From Nitrosarchaeum sp. (lineage in GTDB: Archaea > Thermoproteota > Nitrososphaeria > Nitrososphaerales > Nitrosopumilaceae): a stretch of DNA of 64,000 nucleotides. The notes under the pieces are model-generated. The model had not been told where the DNA came from and made no database searches. It saw only the letters and a program-made list of their open reading frames with translations. Both the position numbers and the translations under genes were made by a program. Position 1 is the stretch's first letter, and each line of letters opens with the position of its first letter. Of this stretch, positions 1 through 9,185 are shown piece after piece. Location of the stretch: assembly GCA_023264875.1 (NCBI GenBank), contig JAHFUX010000006.1, positions 1,303-65,302 of the forward strand. Direction: 5' to 3'.

Positions 1-117
1 ATGATATATGGAATTTTTTGATGTCTTTAATTATTCTGTTTTCATTTTTGGTCTAAAGCATCATTCCCAAATTTGGTAAATATCTATTATATTCTGCTAG
101 TTTGATAATAATTTGGA

Positions 118-330
118 ATGGCCATTGATGAGGTAGAAAGATCAAATATTTTTATGAATGTTGTACTAGATGATTTAACTGTAATTGAGCTATCTGTTGC
201 AATGCTTGAAATATATTATAAACAACACATGGATGAAGAAGCAAAGCGATATTTTGAAAATATTAAAAATCATTGTAACCATATAGTTAAAACTATAAAT
301 GAAAATAATAAAATTGTAAAGAAAAATTGA
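118..330 (+). CDS. Small stand-alone HisKA/DHp-like helical protein lacking the phospho-acceptor His
   Basis: LTVI..SVAML...MDEEAKRYFENIK..C..I...IN parallels the HisKA consensus; lies directly upstream of a receiver gene. Confidence 0.45.
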   Translation: MAIDEVERSNIFMNVVLDDLTVIELSVAMLEIYYKQHMDEEAKRYFENIKNHCNHIVKTINENNKIVKKN

Positions 331-479
331 TAACTATGTGCTTCTGAATAAATATTATAATTTCATCTAGATCTAAAAAAGTCAGTTTAATTTAAATAAA
401 TTATGTCATTTAATTATTTATAAATTTATGAACATATGCTGTTTGTTAAAAAAATAACATACAGTAGATTATTGTTTAT

Positions 480-866
480 GTGAGAAAAAATAAAATCATG
501 AACGGTTCTGTTATCATAATTGATGATGATGAAGATATTCTAGAGTTATTGACTGAGTATCTTTTACTTGAAAACTTTGATGTCATAGGACGTGGTACTG
601 ATGGATTACAGGCAGTAAATTTGTATGCTGAACACACTCCTGATTTTATAATTATGGATATTGCAATGCCAAACTACGATGGTCTATATGGATTAGAAAA
701 TATCAAAAAACTTAATCCAAATGCCATCGTCATTATTCTTACTGGGAACAGTGACAAATCCATAACTCACAAAATAACTCAATTAAATGCTACAAAGATC
801 TTGGAAAAACCATATCCTGTTGAAAAATTAGTATCTGTTATGAAATCTATTAAAAATCATGTGTAG
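480..866 (+). CDS. Stand-alone response regulator receiver (CheY-like)
   Basis: IIDDD acidic pocket, phospho-acceptor in IIMDIAMPNYDG, T in ILTG, K in LEKP. Confidence 0.95.
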   Translation: MRKNKIMNGSVIIIDDDEDILELLTEYLLLENFDVIGRGTDGLQAVNLYAEHTPDFIIMDIAMPNYDGLYGLENIKKLNPNAIVIILTGNSDKSITHKITQLNATKILEKPYPVEKLVSVMKSIKNHV

Positions 867-927
867 TATCATGTGATTCTGAATACATCTTAAAAGTTAT
901 TAATAATACATTCCTTCCTAATTTAAC

Positions 928-1161
928 TTGCCGTTTAAAATTCAGTATAAATTTCAAGATGAATCTGACACTCGTTACTGTGTAGTTTCATACGAACAAT
1001 ACCGAAATTTTTGTGCATTACCCATAATACAAGAATGCAAAATAATTAAAGGCAATCAAACAACTACAAAAAAGAATCTTGATGAAATACAAAAAGCACT
1101 TGATATGGCATATCAAAAAGATACCAGTCACATTCGTAACTTATCTGAAAATACTTTGTAA
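928..1161 (+). CDS. Small hypothetical protein with C-terminal D-x-S-H-x-x-N-L-S module
   Basis: 77-aa ORF (TTG start) co-oriented between two receiver genes. Confidence 0.7.
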   Translation: MPFKIQYKFQDESDTRYCVVSYEQYRNFCALPIIQECKIIKGNQTTTKKNLDEIQKALDMAYQKDTSHIRNLSENTL

Positions 1162-1210
1162 TTTAATTACTGTTCTTGTGCGTGATCTTCATATTTTTAA
1201 ATTAAATTTC

Positions 1211-1234
1211 TAGTTTGTGCATTTGCACAAACTA
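1211..1234. promoter_or_regulatory. 24-bp palindrome (11-bp arms): operator or hairpin terminator
   Basis: TAGTTTGTGCA-TT-TGCACAAACTA, followed by CTTTTTATG about 30 nt before ATG 1267. Confidence 0.6.
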
Positions 1235-1266
1235 CTTTTTATGAATCTACTTGTTTTTCCTATGTT

Positions 1267-1632
1267 ATGAAAATACTCCACATTGAAGACATTCCTGAAA
1301 TAAGTGAGATATTTTCAGATATTCTAAAAACTAAAAGTCATGATTTTGAAAGTGCAATTGATGGAAAAAAAGGTCTTGACCTTGTATTAAAAAATCAATA
1401 TGATCTAATTTTACTTGATATGTGTATGCCTAATTATAGTGGAATTGATTTTCTTTTGGATTTAAAAAATAAAAAATCATCCGAAATTCAAAAAGTCATT
1501 ATTGTAAGCTCCCTTGAACTAGATGAATATCAAACTAAATTTCTTAAAGAATTAGGTGTCCGTTCAATACGACGAAAACCTATTTCGATTCAAAGTCTTT
1601 TATTACAAATAGAACCTGAACTTACACTCTAA
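1267..1632 (+). CDS. Stand-alone response regulator receiver (CheY-like)
   Basis: HIED, LLDMCMPNYSG, VSS and RKP motifs. Confidence 0.95.
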   Translation: MKILHIEDIPEISEIFSDILKTKSHDFESAIDGKKGLDLVLKNQYDLILLDMCMPNYSGIDFLLDLKNKKSSEIQKVIIVSSLELDEYQTKFLKELGVRSIRRKPISIQSLLLQIEPELTL

Positions 1633-1673
1633 ATTCAATCCTTTTGAATTTTTTAATTTGTAATTGTATTTTC

Positions 1674-2072
1674 TTATTTTAATCCCCAACTTGTTTTATT
1701 GGTAGTAATAATTTTGAGAAATGGTGCCTCATTTTCTTCCCATGGTTCGTTTCTTACCCATGTAAATTTTTTTTCAAACATTTTGTATGCCTGTAAAAAT
1801 TCTTGTCCTTTTTCCAAGATTTCAACTTTTCCTTGAATACAAATAGCTCTGTGTTTTCCGGATTCATAAATATCAATTGTTACGCTCACTTTTGGATTTA
1901 TTTTTACATTTTTGAATGTCCTAGTTTGATAATCGGTTGCAATTAAAATAATGTTGTCATGATAAATAAATGACACTGGTTTTACATGTGGAATATCTGC
2001 ATGTGATGTTGCAATTCTTGCTTCCTCCATAGATTGCAGAAATTCTTCTTCGACTTTGGTGAATTTTATCAA
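1674..2072 (-). CDS. Pyridoxamine 5'-phosphate oxidase-like flavin-binding protein
   Basis: ARIAT...PHVKPVSF...KNVKINPKVSV split-barrel signature. Confidence 0.85.
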   Translation of the reverse strand: MIKFTKVEEEFLQSMEEARIATSHADIPHVKPVSFIYHDNIILIATDYQTRTFKNVKINPKVSVTIDIYESGKHRAICIQGKVEILEKGQEFLQAYKMFEKKFTWVRNEPWEENEAPFLKIITTNKTSWGLK

Positions 2073-2347
2073 CTAAAGATCCGTTCTCTAATTTCTGGAA
2101 TATACTTGTATATGATATCTCTTACTTTCATCTGTTCTTCTGCAGTAGGTATTTCTTTTTGTGAGCTTAACAAGGCCCCACTCATACCCAATGCCATCCC
2201 CATTATCATTCCATAGACGAACTCTTGTGGATTCTCAACTTTGAGTATTTCTTGATTTTGTTTTATGTCTTCTAGATAAGCTGGAATTGTTAGAGATGCG
2301 CCATTGATAGTTTGAGTAATTAGCATCTCTATTTGTTTTTCATCCAT
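2069..2347 (-). CDS. Conserved hypothetical protein
   Basis: 92-aa ORF with 4-bp overlap into the PNPOx-like gene. Confidence 0.75.
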   Translation of the reverse strand: MDEKQIEMLITQTINGASLTIPAYLEDIKQNQEILKVENPQEFVYGMIMGMALGMSGALLSSQKEIPTAEEQMKVRDIIYKYIPEIRERIFS

Positions 2348-2418
2348 AATTTAACACTAGAATTATTGTTAATAAATTTGCACCTAAGATATTTAATTAA
2401 GGACACAATGATTACTAC

Positions 2419-2820
2419 ATGTTTTCATATTTTACAAAAAATGAGGCAAATCAAGCATTACCTGATGTAATCAAAAAATTTGAGTTTACACTTGCAAAAA
2501 AGAACGAAATCTCCAAGCTGGACCAAGAACTTCAGATGAGTCTTGCTACTGCAAATACCTTTGAAGAATATGTTTTACTCAAACAAAAACTCAACTCTGC
2601 AATAACTAAATTTTATGAAGCGACAGAGATGCTTGAAAATACTGGTGTTGTAGTTAAAAGTATAGAGCAGGGACTACTTGATTTTCCCTCAAAGAGATTT
2701 AATGAAGAAGTATGGCTTTGTTGGAAATACGGCGAAACTGAAATCAAATTTTGGCATGAAAAAGATTCTGGTTTTATGGGGAGAAAACCAATCGAAGTAA
2801 GCGATGAATCACTGATTTGA
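2419..2820 (+). CDS. DUF2203 family protein
   Basis: FT..EAN..LP start; GLLDFP and VWLCWKYGE..IKFWH..DSGFMGRKP motifs. Confidence 0.9.
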   Translation: MFSYFTKNEANQALPDVIKKFEFTLAKKNEISKLDQELQMSLATANTFEEYVLLKQKLNSAITKFYEATEMLENTGVVVKSIEQGLLDFPSKRFNEEVWLCWKYGETEIKFWHEKDSGFMGRKPIEVSDESLI

Positions 2821-2942
2821 TGATTATTTTCTGAATTTTTTTTAATTAAGCAAATGTTCGTTTCTAAGATCATTCCATCCATTTACTAGATGAACTACAA
2901 ACCTATCCTTATCATTAGTACAATATCCACATACACATCGTG

Positions 2943-3785
2943 TCATTTTGTATCTCCGATGCTTTCATTTGACCAATAATTGTTAAACAATAGAGATTTT
3001 GAATAAATTATTGTTTCTGAATTTGTACAAATTGCTCTCATCTCTTTATTATTTCCCGTGGAATTTTTTATAAAAAAGAGCACTTCGTCATTATCCTTAA
3101 TCAAGAAACATAGATTATCTTTTACAGTAGAGCACAATTCTTTTATTTTTGTGTCATCCATATTCTCAAAAATATACTGCGATTTTTTTGAAATTGGTGA
3201 TAGTATTTTGTAATCAATTGCACGTTCTTCTAGTGCTTCAAAGACACTAGCATGATAAAATTTCATCATATCTTTTTCTGATCCAAGAATCCTACATTCG
3301 TTTTTTGAGTTTAAGATCATATCAAATATTTTACTATTTACTTGATTTCCACCCTGTAACACTTGAAACTTCTCTTCTGGTTCATCATCAGAATCATCAA
3401 CAAAGCCTGGAATTTTTCCCCATAGCTCTTCTAAAATTGGTCCTGATTTTTTTAATTTCTTTAAACGCTCTGTTTCAGCGCTTACTAATACGTGAATTGC
3501 ATCTTGAATGGATACTGTTGAAAATTTAATTGGATGTTCAAATGTTGCAGAAACTATTCCTTTGTTTTGCAGTGCTGTTAGCAAATGATATGTCTCACTT
3601 CTTGGAACATCTACTGCCTTTGCAATATCTGATGCTGATCTCTGACCTACTTTTCCAAGATAAAAAAACACCTTTACTTGATTTGGTGTTAATCCAAATG
3701 TTCCGAAATAGTCCTTAATCTCATCATAATTTGCTTTATCTACGGGAAAATTGCCTAATTGTAACATGCTTGATGCTATTTCCAT
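2943..3785 (-). CDS. TrmB family transcriptional regulator
   Basis: FGLTPNQVKVF..L...ASDIAK..DVPRSETYHLL..LQNKGIV wHTH plus TrmB-type C-terminal domain. Confidence 0.9.
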   Translation of the reverse strand: MEIASSMLQLGNFPVDKANYDEIKDYFGTFGLTPNQVKVFFYLGKVGQRSASDIAKAVDVPRSETYHLLTALQNKGIVSATFEHPIKFSTVSIQDAIHVLVSAETERLKKLKKSGPILEELWGKIPGFVDDSDDEPEEKFQVLQGGNQVNSKIFDMILNSKNECRILGSEKDMMKFYHASVFEALEERAIDYKILSPISKKSQYIFENMDDTKIKELCSTVKDNLCFLIKDNDEVLFFIKNSTGNNKEMRAICTNSETIIYSKSLLFNNYWSNESIGDTK

Positions 3786-4005
3786 TATTGGAAATGTTCA
3801 TTTTTACTTTATAACTCTGATCGCGTAATTGTATACAAATACTTACAATTGACTACATTTAAAAAATTCTTAAAATTTCTACTTTTTATCGAGCCTATTT
3901 TTTTTGAATATATCTAAAAGTCTACATCTTATTTAACAAAAGATTAACAATATGGGAATTTATTCTGCTAATTCCATTTTGTGATAATTATGTCTTTTAG
4001 GCGTG

Positions 4006-5085
4006 TTACCCTATACCACAATTCGGTAATATGGCGATTTTTTCTTTAGTTGATGTATCTGGTATCGACTTTGTTATGCCTGACAGTGGTTTGGTTTTAG
4101 CAAAAACCACATACGATGTATTTGTTTTATTGATGATCTCTGTTTCAACAACACTTTCTTCTTTTCCTGCAAGTTTATTTCTTAGCAAAAATATGCCTGC
4201 AAAAACCAACATAGTTGAAAATATATCTACAGGTGTAATTGCTTCAGAAAGAATTAATCCTGAAAATAATATTCCAAACATTGACATGGTTGAATACAAT
4301 AGTACTGTTCTTACTGCTCCAATGAGTTTTAATCCCATCAAGAAAAATAATGTAGACATTCCAGTGCCAATTATAGACATTATCAAAATACTTGGTAATT
4401 GTATCAACTCCACATCCATTGGAATCTGAAATAGTGCAATAATTGAAATTGTAATTGCTGCACAAATGAATGATGTTATCTGCACTGTTTTTTTCACATC
4501 AAATCTTTCTCCGATATACTTACACAAAGTGATATCTATTGCATACAACAATCCTGAAAAAATTATCAATAAATCCCCTGTTACAAGACTTCCCAAGCTT
4601 AAATCATTTTGATAAAGATCATTTCCTATTGGTATGATCATCATTCCTATGATTATCATAGAGAAAGGTATGCACTCTTTGATTCGTAATCTTTCTTTAA
4701 AAACCATCATGGCAATAACTAGAGAAAAAATGATTTCACTATTGCTAAATATCGAAGCATTTACTGCAGTTGATGTACTTATTCCGTAAAAATATGTGAT
4801 TAATGCTGAAACTTCTGCAATCCCAATTAATGCCATAAATAGTACATCCTTTCTGGTAAATCTGGAAATCACCGGTGATTTTTTTACTAATGGTGTAAAG
4901 AATATTCCACAAATAAAATAGATCAAAAATGCCATTACAATTGGATTAATTTCTAGTTGACTGTTTCCGCCATCTAACATTGGTTTGCAAATGACATGAA
5001 TTAACGCTGCCAGTGCTGCAGCTAGTATGATGAAATAATACCCATAATGGGATTTTCTTATAAGATCTAATGCACTCATTTCCAT
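4006..5085 (-). CDS. DMT/EamA family transporter
   Basis: About 10 hydrophobic segments in two EamA-like repeats (STTAVNASIF, IGAVRTVLL). Confidence 0.9.
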   Translation of the reverse strand: MEMSALDLIRKSHYGYYFIILAAALAALIHVICKPMLDGGNSQLEINPIVMAFLIYFICGIFFTPLVKKSPVISRFTRKDVLFMALIGIAEVSALITYFYGISTSTAVNASIFSNSEIIFSLVIAMMVFKERLRIKECIPFSMIIIGMMIIPIGNDLYQNDLSLGSLVTGDLLIIFSGLLYAIDITLCKYIGERFDVKKTVQITSFICAAITISIIALFQIPMDVELIQLPSILIMSIIGTGMSTLFFLMGLKLIGAVRTVLLYSTMSMFGILFSGLILSEAITPVDIFSTMLVFAGIFLLRNKLAGKEESVVETEIINKTNTSYVVFAKTKPLSGITKSIPDTSTKEKIAILPNCGIG

Positions 5086-5162
5086 ATTTGGAAATATGCC
5101 CGATCTTTAATAATATTCTCACGTATGTTTAAAAAATTTGACGTTAACCGTGCCTGATTTTT

Positions 5163-5732
5163 CTATTCATCTCCCGCCTTGACAATTTCAAATGAGAATC
5201 CCTGATTGTTATAATCCTCATTAATGGTTCTATGCCCGATCTCATTTAATATTGAATTCATTTGTCTTATTATAAAAAAAGGCCAGTTTTTACCAAGATC
5301 ATGTTGAATTATGATTTTGATTGTGTTATTTACTGGAATTAATCTAAATTGCACATTCATGTCTTGACATCTTTTCTTGAATAAATCTAAAATAGAATCT
5401 AAATTAACATAACCATAAAAATAATTCAATGAATTTTTGAGGTCAATAGTACTTGTTGTTTCTGCGATCTTTTGTATTTTTTCCTTGGAATTTGAATCCA
5501 TTAATTCCCGAAATGTCGATCTGAACATTGTTATCCAACCCATTTCACTAGTCAACTCATTCCAATTAACTTGTTTTTCTAAAAGATGATTGATCAAAGT
5601 ATTGAGACTGATTTTTTGTTCAATACATTTTTCATGTAATTTATTGCTCAAATCTGAATCTATTCTAATAGAAACATTGTCTGTTTTTCTAAGGATTCCG
5701 TTTTCTTGTAATGTCAATTTAACCAACCTCAT
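5163..5732 (-). CDS. Ribbon-helix-helix-containing putative regulator
   Basis: N-terminal VSIRIDSDL..KL..KC....ISLNTLIN..L resembles RHH; C-terminal domain unassigned. Confidence 0.6.
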   Translation of the reverse strand: MRLVKLTLQENGILRKTDNVSIRIDSDLSNKLHEKCIEQKISLNTLINHLLEKQVNWNELTSEMGWITMFRSTFRELMDSNSKEKIQKIAETTSTIDLKNSLNYFYGYVNLDSILDLFKKRCQDMNVQFRLIPVNNTIKIIIQHDLGKNWPFFIIRQMNSILNEIGHRTINEDYNNQGFSFEIVKAGDE

Positions 5733-6038
5733 TTCCTATCTGTGTATTGTCCATTTTTCTACTATTTGCTTATTTCCACTTTTGGTGATATGCATTGGTA
5801 TGTTATATCCAAACACTTACTACTTTGTACAACTGACTACAATGTACCTATTTGTATTATTATGTAATAATTCATGCATGATCGTACCTCTTTTTTATTC
5901 TCCATACATTGCTAACCAGATCTTATTTTTGAAAATAATGCCAGAAAAAAGCAAAAACTTCATTTTGTATCTTTTAAACAATATTTGTTATTTCCAAAAT
6001 AACATTCCAATTAGTTTAATACTGATTATTTTTATATT

Positions 6039-6659
6039 GTGTTATTGGAAAACAGTTTGGATAATTTACTGGCGCCGTCTTTACGTCAATCTATTGAAGT
6101 AAACCTTGGTAAATCCACCTTAAACAAAATTGAACAACGATTAATGGAACGTCATGGTATGGGTATTGCGCAGGCAATCAAAGATTTTCATAAATTTGAT
6201 AGTGTATTAAGAGAATTTTTTGGGGCAGGTGCAGATGGATTAGAAACAAAATTTCTCCAAAATATTATTGTTCTAAAACAATCAAAGAAAGGATCTGACA
6301 ATTGGATTACCATACACGATCAAAATTTGGCCAAAATATTTCTCGAATCCTTTGCAGATGAAGATAAAAAGGCAATAATCGGGGCTGTTTTAGATGACTC
6401 CCTTATCATTGCTGATATTTTGGAACATTGTAAAGTGCCTCAAACATCGGGTTATAGAAAAATAAATCAATTGATTGATAATGGTTTGCTCATTTCAAAT
6501 GAATATGCAGTATCTACTGATGGCAAAAAAATAAAAAAATATGGAACTATATTTGATAACATAAAAATGGATATCGAGAGAAATATTGTTGTAGTTAAAA
6601 TTCAATTAAAACGCAGTTCATTACGTGAAAGTACCATATTACAAACCGTTCGATATTAA
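6039..6659 (+). CDS. Putative regulator: DUF3227/NitrOD5-like N-terminus plus ArsR-type wHTH
   Basis: LG...L..IE..L..RHG...AI.DF..F..VLREFFG, then IADILEHC.VPQTSGYRKIN.L...GLL. Confidence 0.6.
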   Translation: MLLENSLDNLLAPSLRQSIEVNLGKSTLNKIEQRLMERHGMGIAQAIKDFHKFDSVLREFFGAGADGLETKFLQNIIVLKQSKKGSDNWITIHDQNLAKIFLESFADEDKKAIIGAVLDDSLIIADILEHCKVPQTSGYRKINQLIDNGLLISNEYAVSTDGKKIKKYGTIFDNIKMDIERNIVVVKIQLKRSSLRESTILQTVRY

Positions 6660-6796
6660 CAAATAATTTAATTGATCAGTTTGAATTCTGTAAAAATTTT
6701 CAAATTAGCTACTATTTTCCAAATTCATAAACAAATTTTCTAGATTCAAATTTATTTTTTTTATTATAAAATTTATATTGATTGAAAATTAGTAAT

Positions 6797-7618
6797 TCAA
6801 AGTATGTTTCTATGTTTGATCAATGCATAAATTACTAGCCAATATCCTGCATACCAAAACAAGTTCACAGGATGTCCTAAATCATATTGGTCAAATACTT
6901 CCAAATTATAATACCATGTATCTCCAATTGTATTGCACAAAATACCTATTACCAGAAGAAGCCATACTTTGCCAATAACTCCTTCTTTAAAAATAATTGC
7001 GCCTATTATTGCGACACTCAATGTTAATGAAGAGGCGTACACAAATATCGCACCATAATAGAAATCAAAATTTGGTTCAAAATCATCTAATCCAAATCCT
7101 GATAACATGGCATATGATGTCAAAATACTAATTGGAAATATTATTATCCATATTTTTGAAATTTTATTTAATTTGGGCGAAAAAAATCTCATGTTTATAA
7201 TAATATGAGTCAGTATCAATGGATATTGTGCAAAAAAGAAAATATCAGCAATCGATGGATATGGTTCTATATCTGGAATGAAAAGATCATATGCAAAGTA
7301 TGTTATTTCTCCTAAAAAAATTGCAAAAAAACCTACTGATAAAGCTAAATATGCTTTTTGAAAAATTTTGGCTCCTTTGTATCTAAACGCAACAATAAAT
7401 CCTATAATTGATGCTATGAATGGATTAAAAACTGAAAATATTGATGCAGTTATTTCTGCATCTTCAGGAACAATAACTACATTGATCATAATGTGAAAAA
7501 TAATTACTGATGTAATAATTCCCGCAAGTATTTTATAATTAAAAGGACTTTTGATTTTATCAGGTACTATTTCCGGCTGTGACAATGTTTTTTTATTAAT
7601 TATAGGCTTTAATTCCAA
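6797..7618 (-). CDS. Multi-pass membrane protein resembling a sensor module with no kinase domain
   Basis: About 8 TM segments; YPSIADIFF and GDTWYY...NLFWYAGY motifs; ORF ends without a cytoplasmic catalytic domain. Confidence 0.6.
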   Translation of the reverse strand: MELKPIINKKTLSQPEIVPDKIKSPFNYKILAGIITSVIIFHIMINVVIVPEDAEITASIFSVFNPFIASIIGFIVAFRYKGAKIFQKAYLALSVGFFAIFLGEITYFAYDLFIPDIEPYPSIADIFFFAQYPLILTHIIINMRFFSPKLNKISKIWIIIFPISILTSYAMLSGFGLDDFEPNFDFYYGAIFVYASSLTLSVAIIGAIIFKEGVIGKVWLLLVIGILCNTIGDTWYYNLEVFDQYDLGHPVNLFWYAGYWLVIYALIKHRNIL

Positions 7619-7745
7619 TTGGTTAACAAAATCGAACTTCCGAATGGTCTTTTTTTAGGCTCAATTTTCATAAGTTATGAATAATTAATTTTTGTACTGG
7701 TAATCGTGGTAATTCTTATTAGTACGTCTAGTTTTCAGATTTTTT

Positions 7746-8246
7746 ATGCCAATAGAAGTCTTTGATGAATATAATCTGCGAAAACTTTCAGATGAAGAAC
7801 GATTCTCAATATGTGAGGAGACATTAAAAAATGAAAAAGATGAATCAAAACGTTGGGATGCAGTATGGTTGATAGGTGAATTAGCTGAAAACAAAGACGA
7901 GAATGATCCAATGTTCAATAAAGTATCTGATGTGATTGAATGGGTTTTAAATAATGATGATAACGGAGTGGTAAAACATGAAGCATGTTTTCAAGTCGCT
8001 GCAAGAAACATGCGACAAAAAATTCCGGTCTTAGTAAATACTGCACTACACAACAAAAGTATATTGACACAACATGAAGCGATTGAATCACTTGGACTAA
8101 TGCGTGCATTTGAAGCAGAGCCATTAATTCGAAAAGCACTGAATGATCCTAGTAGTGATGTGAGAGAAACTGCAGAATTTGTTATTAAAAGATTTGCACG
8201 AATAAAAAATCGCGATGTTGTTTACAAACCATCTGCCATTCTATAG
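7746..8246 (+). CDS. HEAT/PBS-lyase repeat protein, half-DOHH-like
   Basis: Repeats RWDAVWLIG, VKHEACFQV, TQHEAIESLG, VRETAEFVI. Confidence 0.8.
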   Translation: MPIEVFDEYNLRKLSDEERFSICEETLKNEKDESKRWDAVWLIGELAENKDENDPMFNKVSDVIEWVLNNDDNGVVKHEACFQVAARNMRQKIPVLVNTALHNKSILTQHEAIESLGLMRAFEAEPLIRKALNDPSSDVRETAEFVIKRFARIKNRDVVYKPSAIL

Positions 8247-8336
8247 CCTTCTATTTTTTTCTCAATTTTTAAGTGCTATTTGTATGTTACAGTGAATTGA
8301 AATCATAAAGATTTTTTTTGGTTTAAAATTTTAAAT

Positions 8337-9185
8337 TTATTTGGTTTTTCTAATGTAGTTTTTTACATCCAATGTTGTTAGTGGTTGGGCTGTTTCCCAT
8401 AGTAGACTACAAAGGCTGTGTATGTTACTTACCATTTCAGATGAATTTGTACACAAAGAAAAATCTGATTCTGAATTTGTAGACATTTGACTTGCAGTAG
8501 CAGAGTCTGACATTATCATTTGTTTGTCTTTTTGAACTACCATTCTTCCTTTTGATGGAAGCTTGCAAATTTTAGTCTCAGAGGCATTAAATCTTTTTAC
8601 AAATGGAATTAGTTTTGAATCATCTAATTCTACAAGTAATCTAACTTTACCACCTTTCTTTTCACAAATCATGATTTTTTCAGGTATTGCACTATGATAC
8701 ATTCTAGATATGTCTTCAAGTGTTGTTGAAATGTATACTATATCTGATGAATTTTCAATTAATTGAGCAATATCGGCATAAATGTTATTTCTTCCCTGGA
8801 CTACTCTGAATGTTGGAACGTTTGTACCCTGTTTTATGGTAATCTCACTGTTAATTTTTTCAATAATTGCCTCGCCACCTCTTTTGATCCTATTGACTTC
8901 GTCTTCTTTTTTTCGCAGTGCAATTTTCAATGCATCTTGTGGATCTGCGGCAATGCATAATTTGGGACTGGAAAGTGTAGTTGAAATAATATTTCTGCTA
9001 ACTAGCTTGTCTACTGTTCTATACATTCGTGCTCTGTCTATGTCTAGTTCTTTTGCAAGTGCACTTGCCGTGATTGGTCCTGCTCTTAACAGATTAAGGT
9101 ACACTTTGGCTTCTAAATCATCAAGATCTAATATATCCTCTAATTCTGATGCTATGCCACTTAATTGATCTTGATACGACATCAT
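8337..9185 (-). CDS. TrmB family transcriptional regulator
   Basis: LDLDDLEAKVYLNLL..GP.TAS.LAKELDIDRARMYR...LVSR wHTH. Confidence 0.9.
   Translation of the reverse strand: MMSYQDQLSGIASELEDILDLDDLEAKVYLNLLRAGPITASALAKELDIDRARMYRTVDKLVSRNIISTTLSSPKLCIAADPQDALKIALRKKEDEVNRIKRGGEAIIEKINSEITIKQGTNVPTFRVVQGRNNIYADIAQLIENSSDIVYISTTLEDISRMYHSAIPEKIMICEKKGGKVRLLVELDDSKLIPFVKRFNASETKICKLPSKGRMVVQKDKQMIMSDSATASQMSTNSESDFSLCTNSSEMVSNIHSLCSLLWETAQPLTTLDVKNYIRKTK

Noticed and set aside
2856-2895. Imperfect hairpin between convergent DUF2203 and trmB genes
   Set aside because: Weak, many mismatches; at most a terminator-like feature.
5590-6102. 170-aa plus-strand ORF overlapping two genes
   Set aside because: Cys/Leu/Phe/Ile-rich composition typical of AT-rich non-coding or shadow frames; overlaps better-supported genes.
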